Shown: positions 1-8,921 of the stretch, in pieces
Position numbering within the stretch: position 1 is the first letter of the stretch
How the letters are laid out: each line of letters begins with the position of its first letter
Assembly (NCBI GenBank): GCA_022749995.1
Contig: JAKIWO010000001.1
Location: forward strand, 90,330-154,329
Source: Thermoplasmata archaeon
GTDB lineage: Archaea > Thermoplasmatota > Thermoplasmata > Lutacidiplasmatales > UBA184
Direction of reading: 5' to 3'
Length of the DNA stretch: 64,000 nt
The notes under the pieces: model-generated
The model's database searches: none
Told to the model about the DNA's origin: nothing
The model's input: only the letters and a program-made list of their open reading frames with translations
Made by a program: the position numbers and the translations under genes

Positions 1-10
1 AAGGGAGGCT

Positions 11-376
11 ATGCCGCTGGCGAGTCCGAGGAAGTCATCGACCTCGTCCGGTAAGCCGCCTCGCCGACGCTCCCGCTACCTCGGGCTCGAGGTCACGGGA
101 GCGCCCCTTTCCCCCCGGGGCTTGGAGATCCTCCTCCGCGCGAGTTCGCCGGCGGCCCCCGGGGGCTCTGGGCCGCGTCTCATCCGCTTCTCGGGGCGTA
201 AGGCGCTGGTCGAAGTCGCCCACCGGGAGGTACCCGAGGCGCGACGCCGATGGAACGCCACGATGGAGACGTCTTCGGGGGAAGTGCAGCTCGCGACGCG
301 TCGGAGTTGGGGTACCCTTCGCAAGGGCAAGCAGTGGTTGGTTCGACCCACGGGACCCGCGGACCGACGGCCGTAG
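11..376 (+). CDS. rnp2: RNase P protein component 2 (Pop5/Rpp14-like)
   Basis: KPPRRRSRYLGLEV, LIRFSGRKALVEV and WGTLRKGKQWL match the remembered archaeal Pop5 pattern (LPPxLRxKxRYIxF ... SGTIKRxK). The start lies close to the window edge. Confidence 0.55.
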   Translation: MPLASPRKSSTSSGKPPRRRSRYLGLEVTGAPLSPRGLEILLRASSPAAPGGSGPRLIRFSGRKALVEVAHREVPEARRRWNATMETSSGEVQLATRRSWGTLRKGKQWLVRPTGPADRRP

Positions 377-397
377 CTCGTCGTTCGCTGTGCCCAC

Positions 398-408
398 GTA
401 TAAATACC
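398..408 (+). promoter_or_regulatory. TATA-like box (GTATAAATACC) upstream of the 449 ORF
   Basis: An A+T-rich 11-mer in a G+C-rich background, about 40 nt upstream of the GTG at 449. The same TATAAATAC core precedes the SRP RNA gene. Confidence 0.4.
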
Positions 409-448
409 GGACGGCGGCGTAATTAGCCTGCAACGGGGGTTTCCTCTC

Positions 449-1984
449 GTGCGTTCCTGGATGACCCTCCGCCAGCGTTGGCGCCGCTCTCGCCGGGCGC
501 AAGTGAGCGCGGTGGCGGTGGTCCTCGGACTCCTCCTGGTCACCACGTACATTGCCAACTTCCTGTCGCAACAGCTCCCGAGTCAGATGCAGGAGCTCGA
601 ATTCGAGCACACCCTGCTGGTGGAGGACCAGTTGGGCCGGGTCCAAACCGCAGTCCTCGCGGAGGCGCAGAACCCGACGCTACCGATCACCATCACCTCG
701 CCCGTTACGCTGGGCTCTGGCTCGGTCCCGCCGTTCGCACCGGCCTCGACGGGCGCGCTGACCCTCGACCCGGCCTCGGACCTGGTCCGGGCGCAGTACT
801 CGATCGCCAAGGTGCTGCCCCGTGCGCCGGTGTGGGGGTCCGGCTCCGCCTGCCTTGCCGGGGGGAGTGGCACCTGCGTCCTTGGCGCCGGGGTGTTCTT
901 CTACAACGCCTCGGCCAACAGCTCGACCTACACGGTGATACTCTCGGGCGCCACGAGTACGCTCTTCTACAATCTCTCGGGCAACCACGACACCCTAACC
1001 GTCACGCAGAGCGGGCCCGATGCGTTGTACCTCCAGATCATCGTCGTGGGCTCGAACGATACCGTGACCGTCTCCGAGACGGGCGCCCTCGTGGGTAGCT
1101 CCCACTACGACGTGGAGTTCTACGGCCAGAACGACCGCTTGAACTCGCTCATTGCCGGAGCCCACACCGGCGCAGGCTCCACGAGCTTCCTGACCCGCTT
1201 CGTCGGCGACCAGGGGTCGTTCTGCCCCGCCGCGAACTGGTCGGCGACCGATTCGCTCAACCTGGTCGACACCAGCAATGCGTTCAACGCCAACACCACT
1301 TGGTGGAACAACGTGGGCTACACGAGCCCGCCCGTCACGCACGCCCTGTTGGCTCCTGGGAGTTCGGCGACCTTCTCCAACCGGACCGGCTTCCTAGGGT
1401 GCGGGTTCAGCCATGCCTCGGTCATGAGCTACACGAGCGATTTCCAGTCCGGGCTGAGGGTGCACCTCGCCAACCGGTACAACCCGCCGGAGGACGTCGT
1501 CTACGAGGACGGCGCAGTGATCCTCTCCCACCCGGCCTCGGGCACCTTCATGACCGGGCCACCCACGATCTCGATCACGCGCTCGCTGACGGGCTTCTAC
1601 ATCGCCAATTTCACGATCGTGAACATGGTCGTGAGCAATGCCCAGAACGGTACCTCCGAGGAGGGAGGGAGCACCGCCGGCGTGAGCACCCATCTCATCG
1701 GCTTCGACCAGTTCCAGGTGCTGGACAACGTGAGCACTGGCAACGCCGTCGCTGGCCTGTGGCTCAACTTCACCACCCCGTACCCCGGCGCCTGGGAAGG
1801 CTACCTCGAGCAATTCCCGGCGACGGTGCTCGTCAACGACGCGGTGACCTGCACGACGGGCCCGCTACCCCCGGGCTTCACCTGCCTCATCCCGCCGCAG
1901 GGCCAGATCTCCCACCTCTCGGCCGAGTTCCTCGTGACCGAGTTCGAGTTCACCGCCATCACCATCTCCACGACGATCTCCTAG
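449..1984 (+). CDS. Secreted or membrane-anchored hypothetical protein with a prepilin-like (class III) signal and many N-glycosylation sequons
   Basis: The N-terminus RRSRRAQVSAVAVVLGLLLVTTYI is a basic stretch, a small residue, then a hydrophobic helix. There are numerous N-x-S/T sites and no catalytic motif. The alternative start is the ATG at 461. Confidence 0.6.
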   Translation: MRSWMTLRQRWRRSRRAQVSAVAVVLGLLLVTTYIANFLSQQLPSQMQELEFEHTLLVEDQLGRVQTAVLAEAQNPTLPITITSPVTLGSGSVPPFAPASTGALTLDPASDLVRAQYSIAKVLPRAPVWGSGSACLAGGSGTCVLGAGVFFYNASANSSTYTVILSGATSTLFYNLSGNHDTLTVTQSGPDALYLQIIVVGSNDTVTVSETGALVGSSHYDVEFYGQNDRLNSLIAGAHTGAGSTSFLTRFVGDQGSFCPAANWSATDSLNLVDTSNAFNANTTWWNNVGYTSPPVTHALLAPGSSATFSNRTGFLGCGFSHASVMSYTSDFQSGLRVHLANRYNPPEDVVYEDGAVILSHPASGTFMTGPPTISITRSLTGFYIANFTIVNMVVSNAQNGTSEEGGSTAGVSTHLIGFDQFQVLDNVSTGNAVAGLWLNFTTPYPGAWEGYLEQFPATVLVNDAVTCTTGPLPPGFTCLIPPQGQISHLSAEFLVTEFEFTAITISTTIS

Positions 1985-2036
1985 TCAGCGTCGACAGGGT
2001 TATCCTGCCTCCGGGCTCCGCTCTCAGGGTAAGGGA

Positions 2037-3602
2037 GTGGCCCCCGAAGCTACCGGACGGATCCCCGTCCGACGGGCCCTCGTCGCGGTCGACGACAAGC
2101 GGGCGTTGCCCGAGTTCGCCCGCGAGTTGATTCCTTTTGGCATTGAGCTCTGGGCTACCTCGGGCACGCTGAAGGCCCTCTCCGCGGCGGGGGTGGCGGC
2201 CCAACCGGCCGAGCAGCTCACCGGCATCGCCGACTGGTTCGGCGGCCGGGTCAAGACGTTGCATCCGGGGGTGCTCGGCGGCGTACTGGCGCCGGCGACC
2301 GCCGAGGGCTCGAAGGAGCTGAAGGCCCGCGGGCTGCTCGCGTTCGACCTGGTCGTGGTCAACTTCTACCCGTTCGAGGCACGCGCCCGGGAGCGACCGA
2401 CCGACCCGGGGCTCGTCGACTCCATCGACATCGGCGGCGTCACCCTGGCCCGGGCCGCCGCCAAGAACCACGCGCGAGTCGCCGCCATCAGCGACCCCGA
2501 GGAGTATCCGGTCGTCGCGGCCGAACTGGCCCAGCTCAAAGGCCACCTGTCCGCCGAGCTGCGTCGTGCCCTCGCCGCACGGACATTCCTGCGGGTCGAG
2601 GCGTATGATCGCGCCATCGCCCGGGCGTTTACGATGGCCGAGTCTGCCGGAACGCTTCCCGGCCATCTCGAGTTCGAGCGGGAGGAGACACCTCTCCGCT
2701 ACGGGGAGAATCCTCACCAGGCGGCAGCGCGCTACGTGGCCAGCGACCGAACCGCCGGCGCGCTCACCCCGCTTCCCTTGCGGGTCCTCAAGGGCGCTTC
2801 TCTGTCCTACACGAACCTGCTCGACCTGGAGACCGCGCTCTCCGTCGTCGCCGAGTTCCCGACCCCCACGGCCGCGGTGGTCAAGCACGCCACCCCCGTC
2901 GGGGTAGCCTCAGGGCTCACGCCCGCCGAGGCAGTGCAGCGGGCGCTCGCGACGGACCCGGTCGCCCGTTATGGCTGCGTGCTTGCGCTCAACCGGCCGT
3001 TCGACGCGGCGACAAGCGCCGAGTTGCACGGGGTGTTCGTGGACCTACTGGCCGCCCCCTCGTTCTCTCCAGAGGTGATGCCGCTCCTCGAGCGCCGGAG
3101 CAAGCTCAAGGTGCTCGAGGTGACGCCCCCGGCCATCGACCAGCGCCGATGGGAGGGCCGGACGGCGCTCGGCCGTCTCCTGCTGCAGGAGTACGACCTC
3201 CGTCAACTCGCTCCCGGGGAACTGAGACCCGTCACCGGCCGGACCGCCAGCCCCGAGGAGCGGTGCGCACTCGATTTTGCCTGGAGGGTGGTGCGCCACG
3301 CCCGCTCGAACGCGGTCGTGATCGCGCGCGGCTCGGCCACGGTGGGCATCGGCTCCGGTCAGCCCTCGCGCGTCAAGGCCGTGGAGGACGCGGTGGCCGT
3401 GGCGGGGGATCGGGCCCGTGGGGCGGTGCTCGCCTCGGATGCGTTCTTCCCGTTCGCCGACGGGATCGAGGCCGCCGGCCGCGGCGGCGTGGCGGCGATC
3501 CTCCAACCCGGCGGCAGCGTCCGGGACGCCGAAGTGATCGCAGCGGCCGAGCGGCTCGGCATCGCGATGTTCGTCACGGGTTGGCGCGTCTTCCGCCACT
3601 AG
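2037..3602 (+). CDS. purH: Bifunctional AICAR formyltransferase / IMP cyclohydrolase
   Basis: MGS-like N-terminus (ALVAVDDK ... TSGT), the GGRVKTLHPGV motif, and full-length similarity to PurH. Confidence 0.95.
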   Translation: MAPEATGRIPVRRALVAVDDKRALPEFARELIPFGIELWATSGTLKALSAAGVAAQPAEQLTGIADWFGGRVKTLHPGVLGGVLAPATAEGSKELKARGLLAFDLVVVNFYPFEARARERPTDPGLVDSIDIGGVTLARAAAKNHARVAAISDPEEYPVVAAELAQLKGHLSAELRRALAARTFLRVEAYDRAIARAFTMAESAGTLPGHLEFEREETPLRYGENPHQAAARYVASDRTAGALTPLPLRVLKGASLSYTNLLDLETALSVVAEFPTPTAAVVKHATPVGVASGLTPAEAVQRALATDPVARYGCVLALNRPFDAATSAELHGVFVDLLAAPSFSPEVMPLLERRSKLKVLEVTPPAIDQRRWEGRTALGRLLLQEYDLRQLAPGELRPVTGRTASPEERCALDFAWRVVRHARSNAVVIARGSATVGIGSGQPSRVKAVEDAVAVAGDRARGAVLASDAFFPFADGIEAAGRGGVAAILQPGGSVRDAEVIAAAERLGIAMFVTGWRVFRH

Positions 3603-3616
3603 GCGAGCGCGCTCGG

Positions 3617-3958
3617 CTAGAACGAGAAGTACCGCTTGAGCACCGTGCGGAACTCGGTGGGGGCCGAGAGCGCGAGCTCGCGGCCCCGCTCCTGGCCTTT
3701 CTCGACGAACAGGTAGGTCGGGATCGAGTGGATGCCGTAGGACCGGGTCAGGCTGCCGCTCTCGTCGACGTTCACCTTGGTGAACTTGACGCGGCCGGAC
3801 AGGTTCAGGGACAGCTGCACCAGCACCGGCTCGGCGGCCTTGCACGGGGCGCACCAATCCGCGTAGAAGTCCACCAGCACCGGAAGTGGCGACTTGAGCA
3901 CCTCCGTCTCGAACGTATCGTCGGTGACGTGGACGAGGGTCGGCGCATCGTTCGTCAT
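3617..3958 (-). CDS. trxA: Thioredoxin
   Basis: WCAPCK active site in a roughly 110-aa thioredoxin-fold protein. Confidence 0.9.
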   Translation of the reverse strand: MTNDAPTLVHVTDDTFETEVLKSPLPVLVDFYADWCAPCKAAEPVLVQLSLNLSGRVKFTKVNVDESGSLTRSYGIHSIPTYLFVEKGQERGRELALSAPTEFRTVLKRYFSF

Positions 3959-4015
3959 TTGCTGTCGTAACGAGACGGGTGGGGGGCTTAAGCCCTCTGC
4001 CCGTCCCGGCCCCTC

Positions 4016-5140
4016 GTGGAGCGCGATCGAGCTAGAACCTCCCTACGCGCACCGGCACCGGCCGGTCCGGCCCTGCTCGCGTGGTGGGACGACCACCGAC
4101 GTCCCCTCCCCTGGCGGCGCGACCGTTCCCCGTACCGGATCTGGGTCGCCGAGGTGCTGCTGCAGCAGACCCGGGTCGCGCAAGCGGTGCCGTACTACGA
4201 GCGGCTCCTGCGACGCTACCCCTCCCTGCGCTCGCTCGCTGGCGCGCGCACCGACGAGCTGCTCAAGCTCTGGGAAGGAGCCGGCTACTACCATCGCGCG
4301 TGGAACCTTCACGCGACCGCCCAAGAGCTGGTCGGCAGACAGGGCGGCCGATTCCCTCGAACCCCGGCAGCGTTGGAGCAGCTGCCCGGAGTGGGACCGT
4401 ACATTGCCCGGGCGATCGCGAGCCTCGCGTTCGGCGTGCCGGTCGTCGCCCTCGAGGCGAACGGGCTCCGGGTCGCCGCTCGTCTCACCGGGGAGCGGGG
4501 TGACGTACGAACGGCCAAGGTCCGCCAGCGACTGCTGCGTTTCCTAGAACACGAACTGCCGCGCGAGGCCCCGGGAGCGTTCAACGAGGCGCTGATGGAA
4601 CTGGGAGAGACCGTCTGCACGAGCCACGCCCCCCAGTGTCGGGTGTGTCCGCTCGGCTACCGGTGTGCCGCCTTCCAGACCTTGGCCGACCCGGGCCGGC
4701 TCCCGACCCGTAGGCGACGGCCGCCCAAGCCCCACCACGTGGCGGCGATCGTGGCGCTCGAACGCGGTGGCCGATGGTTGATGCAGCGCCGCGTCGAACC
4801 GGGACTACTCCGTGGACTGTGGGAATTCCCCGGAGGTCGCCCCGAGGCCGGAGAGAGTCTCCTGGCGGCCGCCCGGCGGGAGCTCCGTGAGGAGACAGGA
4901 GTGCGGGCGGGCACGCTGCGGCCCGTAGGCACCGTGCACCACGCCTACAGCCACTTCTCGGTCGAGTTGCACGTCTACCGTGGCACCGTACGCCGTGCGT
5001 CCCCGTTGCCGGCGAACGCGCGCTGGCTTGGCCCGGAGGATATCCGAAGGCATCCCCTTCCGAGGGCGACGGTGAAGGCGCTCCGCTTGCTGGGAATCGG
5101 AGAGTCGCTCGGTCGCTCGAAGGCCCGACCGACGCGCTAG
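4016..5140 (+). CDS. mutY: A/G-specific adenine DNA glycosylase
   Basis: HhH-GPD N-terminus (PWRRDRSPYRIWVAEVLLQQT), a 4-Cys cluster loop (CTSHAPQCRVCPLGYRCAAF), and a C-terminal NUDIX-like domain (WEFPGG ... RELREETG). Confidence 0.9.
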   Translation: MERDRARTSLRAPAPAGPALLAWWDDHRRPLPWRRDRSPYRIWVAEVLLQQTRVAQAVPYYERLLRRYPSLRSLAGARTDELLKLWEGAGYYHRAWNLHATAQELVGRQGGRFPRTPAALEQLPGVGPYIARAIASLAFGVPVVALEANGLRVAARLTGERGDVRTAKVRQRLLRFLEHELPREAPGAFNEALMELGETVCTSHAPQCRVCPLGYRCAAFQTLADPGRLPTRRRRPPKPHHVAAIVALERGGRWLMQRRVEPGLLRGLWEFPGGRPEAGESLLAAARRELREETGVRAGTLRPVGTVHHAYSHFSVELHVYRGTVRRASPLPANARWLGPEDIRRHPLPRATVKALRLLGIGESLGRSKARPTR

Positions 5141-5538
5141 GGCGGCGGCTCGCTCACGACCGCCGCCTCGCGCCGGGCTCCCGAGCGCGAGGTATCCCCA
5201 TCGATCGCTTGGGCGAACTCCTCCGTTCGGAACGGGCGCGACAGCACGCGGGTTCGCCGCGGGGCTCCCTCGTCGGCCGGCGGAACCGGCTGGCCTCGAG
5301 GCTGAAGCAGGACCACGTCGGCGCTCGGCCAGCGGGCTCGGGCGCGGGCCACGATGTCGGTCCATCCTCCGGTCGTGCCGTCGATGAGCAGCACCGAAGG
5401 TGTCCGACCGGAGGGGACCGCGCCCAGGGCCGACGGCGAGTCGGCCTCGCCCATCACCTCGTGGTGATGCATCCGCAACAGTCCCTGGAGCGCGGCGCGG
5501 CTGTCGCGACTGCCACCGAACAGCACTACCCCGACCAT
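5137..5538 (-). CDS. Receiver(CheY)-like domain protein, atypical
   Basis: MVGVVLFGG ... VLLIDG ... DVVLL follows the beta-alpha pattern of a receiver domain, but the N-terminal acidic pair is absent. An alternative start lies at 5574. Confidence 0.4.
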   Translation of the reverse strand: MVGVVLFGGSRDSRAALQGLLRMHHHEVMGEADSPSALGAVPSGRTPSVLLIDGTTGGWTDIVARARARWPSADVVLLQPRGQPVPPADEGAPRRTRVLSRPFRTEEFAQAIDGDTSRSGARREAAVVSEPPP

Positions 5539-5773
5539 CGTTCGCGAAGCGCTAGGCGCGCGTCGGAGCGTCAAGCTTCCTACCCGACTCAGCGGAGTTC
5601 ATCCTCCGGACCCCCCCGAAACTATATAGTGTCCATAGGGCATGACGGAGTTGGCCTCGGGCCCCGGCGATCCGGTAGGGGCGGCACCGTCCACAAGGCC
5701 CCTCCCCGGACCGCCGGGAGCCATTTTCGTTTCCAGAGGAAGGTTTTAGGGCTCCCTCCGGCGAGCCGAGAGC

Positions 5774-6358
5774 GTGCGCGCGGCCGGTCGGGAGGGTCCC
5801 TACTCCCGGGATCACCGGCTGCTGAGCTTCCTCCATTTGCGCAGGGAGCGAGCCGCACCAGTACCGGCGCTGAGCGCGGCGTCCTACGCAGACCCCTCCA
5901 CGGCCCCCTCCCCACTCGCTCCCCTCCCGCCGGTATCGGTCCGCTCCGGCACGAGTTCTGCCGTGGGCACCGTGAGCTCTGCCGTCAGCACTTCCTCTCG
6001 GCGCAGCCCGGTCAGCGGTTCACCGGTGGTCGGCCCGGAATGTCCCACCTGTCGCCTCCCGACCTTGGCCACCGAGACCCCCGGACGGTTCGGCTGCCCG
6101 CTCTGCGGACATCATCTGGGCGCCCCGCAAGCCGCAGCCTCCGCCCCCGCCTCCCCCGCTCCGGCCCCGGGCTCACGGCGCTCCGAGGAGCTCTTGGCCG
6201 CCTGGCTCAGCGGGAGCGCGATCCCCTGCCCGAAGTGTCGCACGCCGCTCGGCCACGCCGGTCCGGGAGAGTTCGTCTGCCGGAAGTGCGGCGAGCGCCG
6301 CTCGGTCGGCGCTCTCGGAGTGGCCCCACCCCGGGGCTTGGGCGCGGCCGCGCCCTAG
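5774..6358 (+). CDS. Hypothetical protein with two C-terminal zinc-ribbon motifs
   Basis: Two CxxC-N-CxxC motifs: CPTC...CPLC and CPKC...CRKC. The N-terminal half is low-complexity. A TATA-like AGGTTTTAGG sits about 30 nt upstream. Confidence 0.45.
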   Translation: MRAAGREGPYSRDHRLLSFLHLRRERAAPVPALSAASYADPSTAPSPLAPLPPVSVRSGTSSAVGTVSSAVSTSSRRSPVSGSPVVGPECPTCRLPTLATETPGRFGCPLCGHHLGAPQAAASAPASPAPAPGSRRSEELLAAWLSGSAIPCPKCRTPLGHAGPGEFVCRKCGERRSVGALGVAPPRGLGAAAP

Positions 6359-7875
6359 TGCTGGGCCCGCACGCGCCGCAACAGCGTGCCGTCGGCGATC
6401 GCGCCCGCGACCCTTTCGATATCCGGAGCGAGCGGCCGGTCCCGGTCGAGCGCCGGCACCAGGCCGCGCAGTGCGCGCAGCGCCGCCTCCGACCCGCGGC
6501 CACCGGTCTTCGGCCGCCGAAGCTCGAGGGCCCGGCCCGCCACAAGCCACTCGACGGCGACCACGCGGCGACTGTTCTCCAGGATCCGGCGCAGCTTGGC
6601 ACCGGCCCAGGCCCCCTCGCTGTTGTAGTCCTCCTGGTCGGCGGAGGTCGGCAGGCTGAACGCGCTTGCCGGATGGAGCAACCCGGCGTTCTCCACGACG
6701 AGCGCCGAGGCGAGGTACTGCCCGATCATGTAGCCGGAATGCGTGCCGGGTTCCGGCGAGAGGAACGCGGGCAGGCCACCGTTCAAGCCGGGGTGGAGCA
6801 GTCGGGCGGTCCGACGTTCGGAGAACCCGGCCACGTACTGCACGCCGATCGCCAGGGTGTCGAGCGCTAGGGCGAGGGGTTGGCCGTGGAAGTTCGCGCC
6901 GGAGAGGAACTGGTCCCCGGGTAGCACGATCGGGTTGTCACTAACCGCGTTGAGCTCGGTGGCGAGCAATCCTTCGGCCCAGCCGAGGGCGAGCTCCACG
7001 GCCCCGAGCACCTGCGGCAGCGCGCGCAGCGTGTACGGGTCCTGCGGGTGCACGGCCCCGACCGGAGAGGTGAGGCCGCTGCCCGCTAGACGCTCCCGCA
7101 TGCGCTCCGCGACCCGGCGCTGCTCGGCGAGCCCCCGGGCGGCCTGCATCCGGTCGTCGAGCGGTTCGAGCGAACCCCCGAGCGCGTCGTAGGCCATCGC
7201 CGCGGCGGACTCGCAGGCGCTCAGCAGCTCGCGCCCGTCGGCGACGCCCAGGGCGAGATAGCTCGTCATCAGCGCCGTGCCATTGACGAGTGCGACCCCC
7301 TCCTTCTCGGCGAGCTGGAGCGGATGGAGTCCGGCCGCCTCGAGCGCCTCCCGGGAGGGTTGGATGCCGCCTTGGCGGTCGACGCAACTCCCCTCACCGA
7401 TGAGGGCGAGCGCCAGGTGCGCGAGCGGCGCGAGATCTCCCGATGCCCCGACGGATCCCTGCTCCGGCACCAGCGGCAGGATCCCTTGGTTCAGGCAATC
7501 GGCGAGCAGCCGGGGAAGCTCCGGACGGACGCCGGAGAGCCCCCGACACAGGCTGTTGAGCCGGAGCAGGAGCAGTCCGCGGACGAGCTCGGCCGGCAGG
7601 GCGGGACCAGTGCCCGCGGCGTGGCTCCGAACGAGGTTGAGCTGGAGCTCCTGGGCGCGCGCCGGCGCCACGGCCGTGCCGGCGAGCGCTCCGAATCCCG
7701 TGGTGACGCCGTAGACCGGGCGACCCGCGGCCACGGCGCGCTCGACCGCGGCCCGGCCCTCGCGCACGGCGGCCAGCGCCTCCGCTGTCGGTTCGACGGC
7801 GCAGCGCCCGCGCACGACGGCGAGGAACGACTCGAGGGTCAGGGAGCTCCCGTCGACCGGGAGGCTCTCCGTCAC
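6355..7875 (-). CDS. hutH: Histidine ammonia-lyase family (MIO-dependent) enzyme
   Basis: GSVGASGDLAPLAHLAL (the Ala-Ser-Gly MIO motif) and YGVTTGFG. The ORF was trimmed to the GTG at 7875, because the upstream 108 codons are Arg/Gly/Pro junk overlapping sodN. Confidence 0.9.
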   Translation of the reverse strand: MTESLPVDGSSLTLESFLAVVRGRCAVEPTAEALAAVREGRAAVERAVAAGRPVYGVTTGFGALAGTAVAPARAQELQLNLVRSHAAGTGPALPAELVRGLLLLRLNSLCRGLSGVRPELPRLLADCLNQGILPLVPEQGSVGASGDLAPLAHLALALIGEGSCVDRQGGIQPSREALEAAGLHPLQLAEKEGVALVNGTALMTSYLALGVADGRELLSACESAAAMAYDALGGSLEPLDDRMQAARGLAEQRRVAERMRERLAGSGLTSPVGAVHPQDPYTLRALPQVLGAVELALGWAEGLLATELNAVSDNPIVLPGDQFLSGANFHGQPLALALDTLAIGVQYVAGFSERRTARLLHPGLNGGLPAFLSPEPGTHSGYMIGQYLASALVVENAGLLHPASAFSLPTSADQEDYNSEGAWAGAKLRRILENSRRVVAVEWLVAGRALELRRPKTGGRGSEAALRALRGLVPALDRDRPLAPDIERVAGAIADGTLLRRVRAQH

Positions 7876-7892
7876 GGAAGGGGACGGCGCGC

Positions 7893-8423
7893 CTAGGCAG
7901 CCGGCAGGACGAGCTCGTGTCCGGCCTTGCTCTTCGAGGGGACTCGGACCGTCTTGGTGTCCTTGGTCTTCCAGAACAGCTCGGCGACGCCCTGGACCTG
8001 GACCAGCGCGTCCTCCGCCTCGGCGACCGCCGTGCCGCGGCGGGCCTTGCCGATCGCCTGCAGGGTGTTCCAGACCTGGGAGGTCAGGTCGGGGAATTTC
8101 TTGACGTGGTCGGCGGTGAAGTAGTCCGCCCAGAGGGTGACGATCTCGCTCTCGGCGCGGTCGCTGTGCCGCTCCTTGACGAGCACGTACCGGGCGCACT
8201 GGCTGTGGTACTTCTCGATCTCCCCCGCCGGGGCGCCCTCGGGCGGTGCCTTGAGCTCGGCGAGGAGCTGGTCCATCCGGAGGACGGTGAGCGCGGCGAG
8301 CTGCGCCTCGTGAGGGTCATAAATTCCGCAGGGAATGTCGCAGTGGGCGTGGACGGGAACGGGCGGGGCGATCCAATCCCCAACCTCGATCCCGAGCCGC
8401 CGTAGCACGGTGCTGACGAACAT
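7893..8423 (-). CDS. sodN: Nickel-containing superoxide dismutase precursor
   Basis: The Ni-hook HCDIPCGIYDP lies directly after a roughly 26-aa leader ending VHA. Only the last 176 codons of the 532-aa ORF are used. Confidence 0.9.
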   Translation of the reverse strand: MFVSTVLRRLGIEVGDWIAPPVPVHAHCDIPCGIYDPHEAQLAALTVLRMDQLLAELKAPPEGAPAGEIEKYHSQCARYVLVKERHSDRAESEIVTLWADYFTADHVKKFPDLTSQVWNTLQAIGKARRGTAVAEAEDALVQVQGVAELFWKTKDTKTVRVPSKSKAGHELVLPAA

Positions 8424-8453
8424 GGGCCGCAGAACCCGGACCGAGGCATAAAG

Positions 8454-8882
8454 GTGCCGAGGAGCGCCGCCTCCGACGGAGAATCGACCCTCGCGCGCTG
8501 GCGGCGACGCCGCCGCAGCCGCCGCGTGGAGGTGTTCGAGCAGAGCATGGCGCCGGCGTTGCAGCCCGGGGACCGGCTGCTGGTGGACCCGTGGGCGTAC
8601 CGGGAGCGCCCCCCCGGCCGGGGCGATGTCGTGGTGCTGCGCGACCCGGAGTCGCCGACCCGGTTTCTGGTCAAGCGCGTGGGGGCCGTCGGCGGGGAGA
8701 TACCGCCCGGGGGCACCCTGCCGCTCGCACCGGGCGAACTCTGGCTCGAGGGGGACTGGGGAACGGTCAGCCGGGACAGCCGGCGCTTTGGCGCCGTGCC
8801 GTTGGCCGCCGTGCTGGGACGCGCCTGGTGGCGGTACTACCCCGTGGATCGACGGGGACCCCTCGACGATGCCGTACCTTAA
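8454..8882 (+). CDS. sodX: NiSOD maturation protease (signal peptidase S26 family, SodX-like)
   Basis: S26 motifs SMAPAL (Ser nucleophile), GDVVVL, KRVGAVGGE (Lys) and SRDSRRFG. The gene is divergent from sodN with only about 30 bp between them. Confidence 0.8.
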   Translation: MPRSAASDGESTLARWRRRRRSRRVEVFEQSMAPALQPGDRLLVDPWAYRERPPGRGDVVVLRDPESPTRFLVKRVGAVGGEIPPGGTLPLAPGELWLEGDWGTVSRDSRRFGAVPLAAVLGRAWWRYYPVDRRGPLDDAVP

Positions 8883-8884
8883 GT

Positions 8885-8905
8885 GATGTGGCAAAATGCC
8901 ACATC
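8885..8905. promoter_or_regulatory. 21-bp perfect palindrome GATGTGGCA-AAA-TGCCACATC upstream of wtpA
   Basis: Read directly. The 9-bp arms are exact reverse complements and unusually A+T-rich for this genome. The palindrome lies 17 nt upstream of the ATG at 8922. Confidence 0.3.
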
Positions 8906-8921
8906 TGTGTCGCCCCGTTCG

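Noticed and set aside
333-360. tRNA T-arm-like GGTTCGACCCAC
   Set aside because: No acceptor, D or anticodon arms can be drawn around it, and it lies inside the Pop5-like ORF.
6355-7875. hutH as part of a histidine-utilisation operon
   Set aside because: No hutU, hutI or hutG is adjacent, so the physiological role (HAL versus another MIO lyase or mutase) cannot be decided from this window. The family call is kept.
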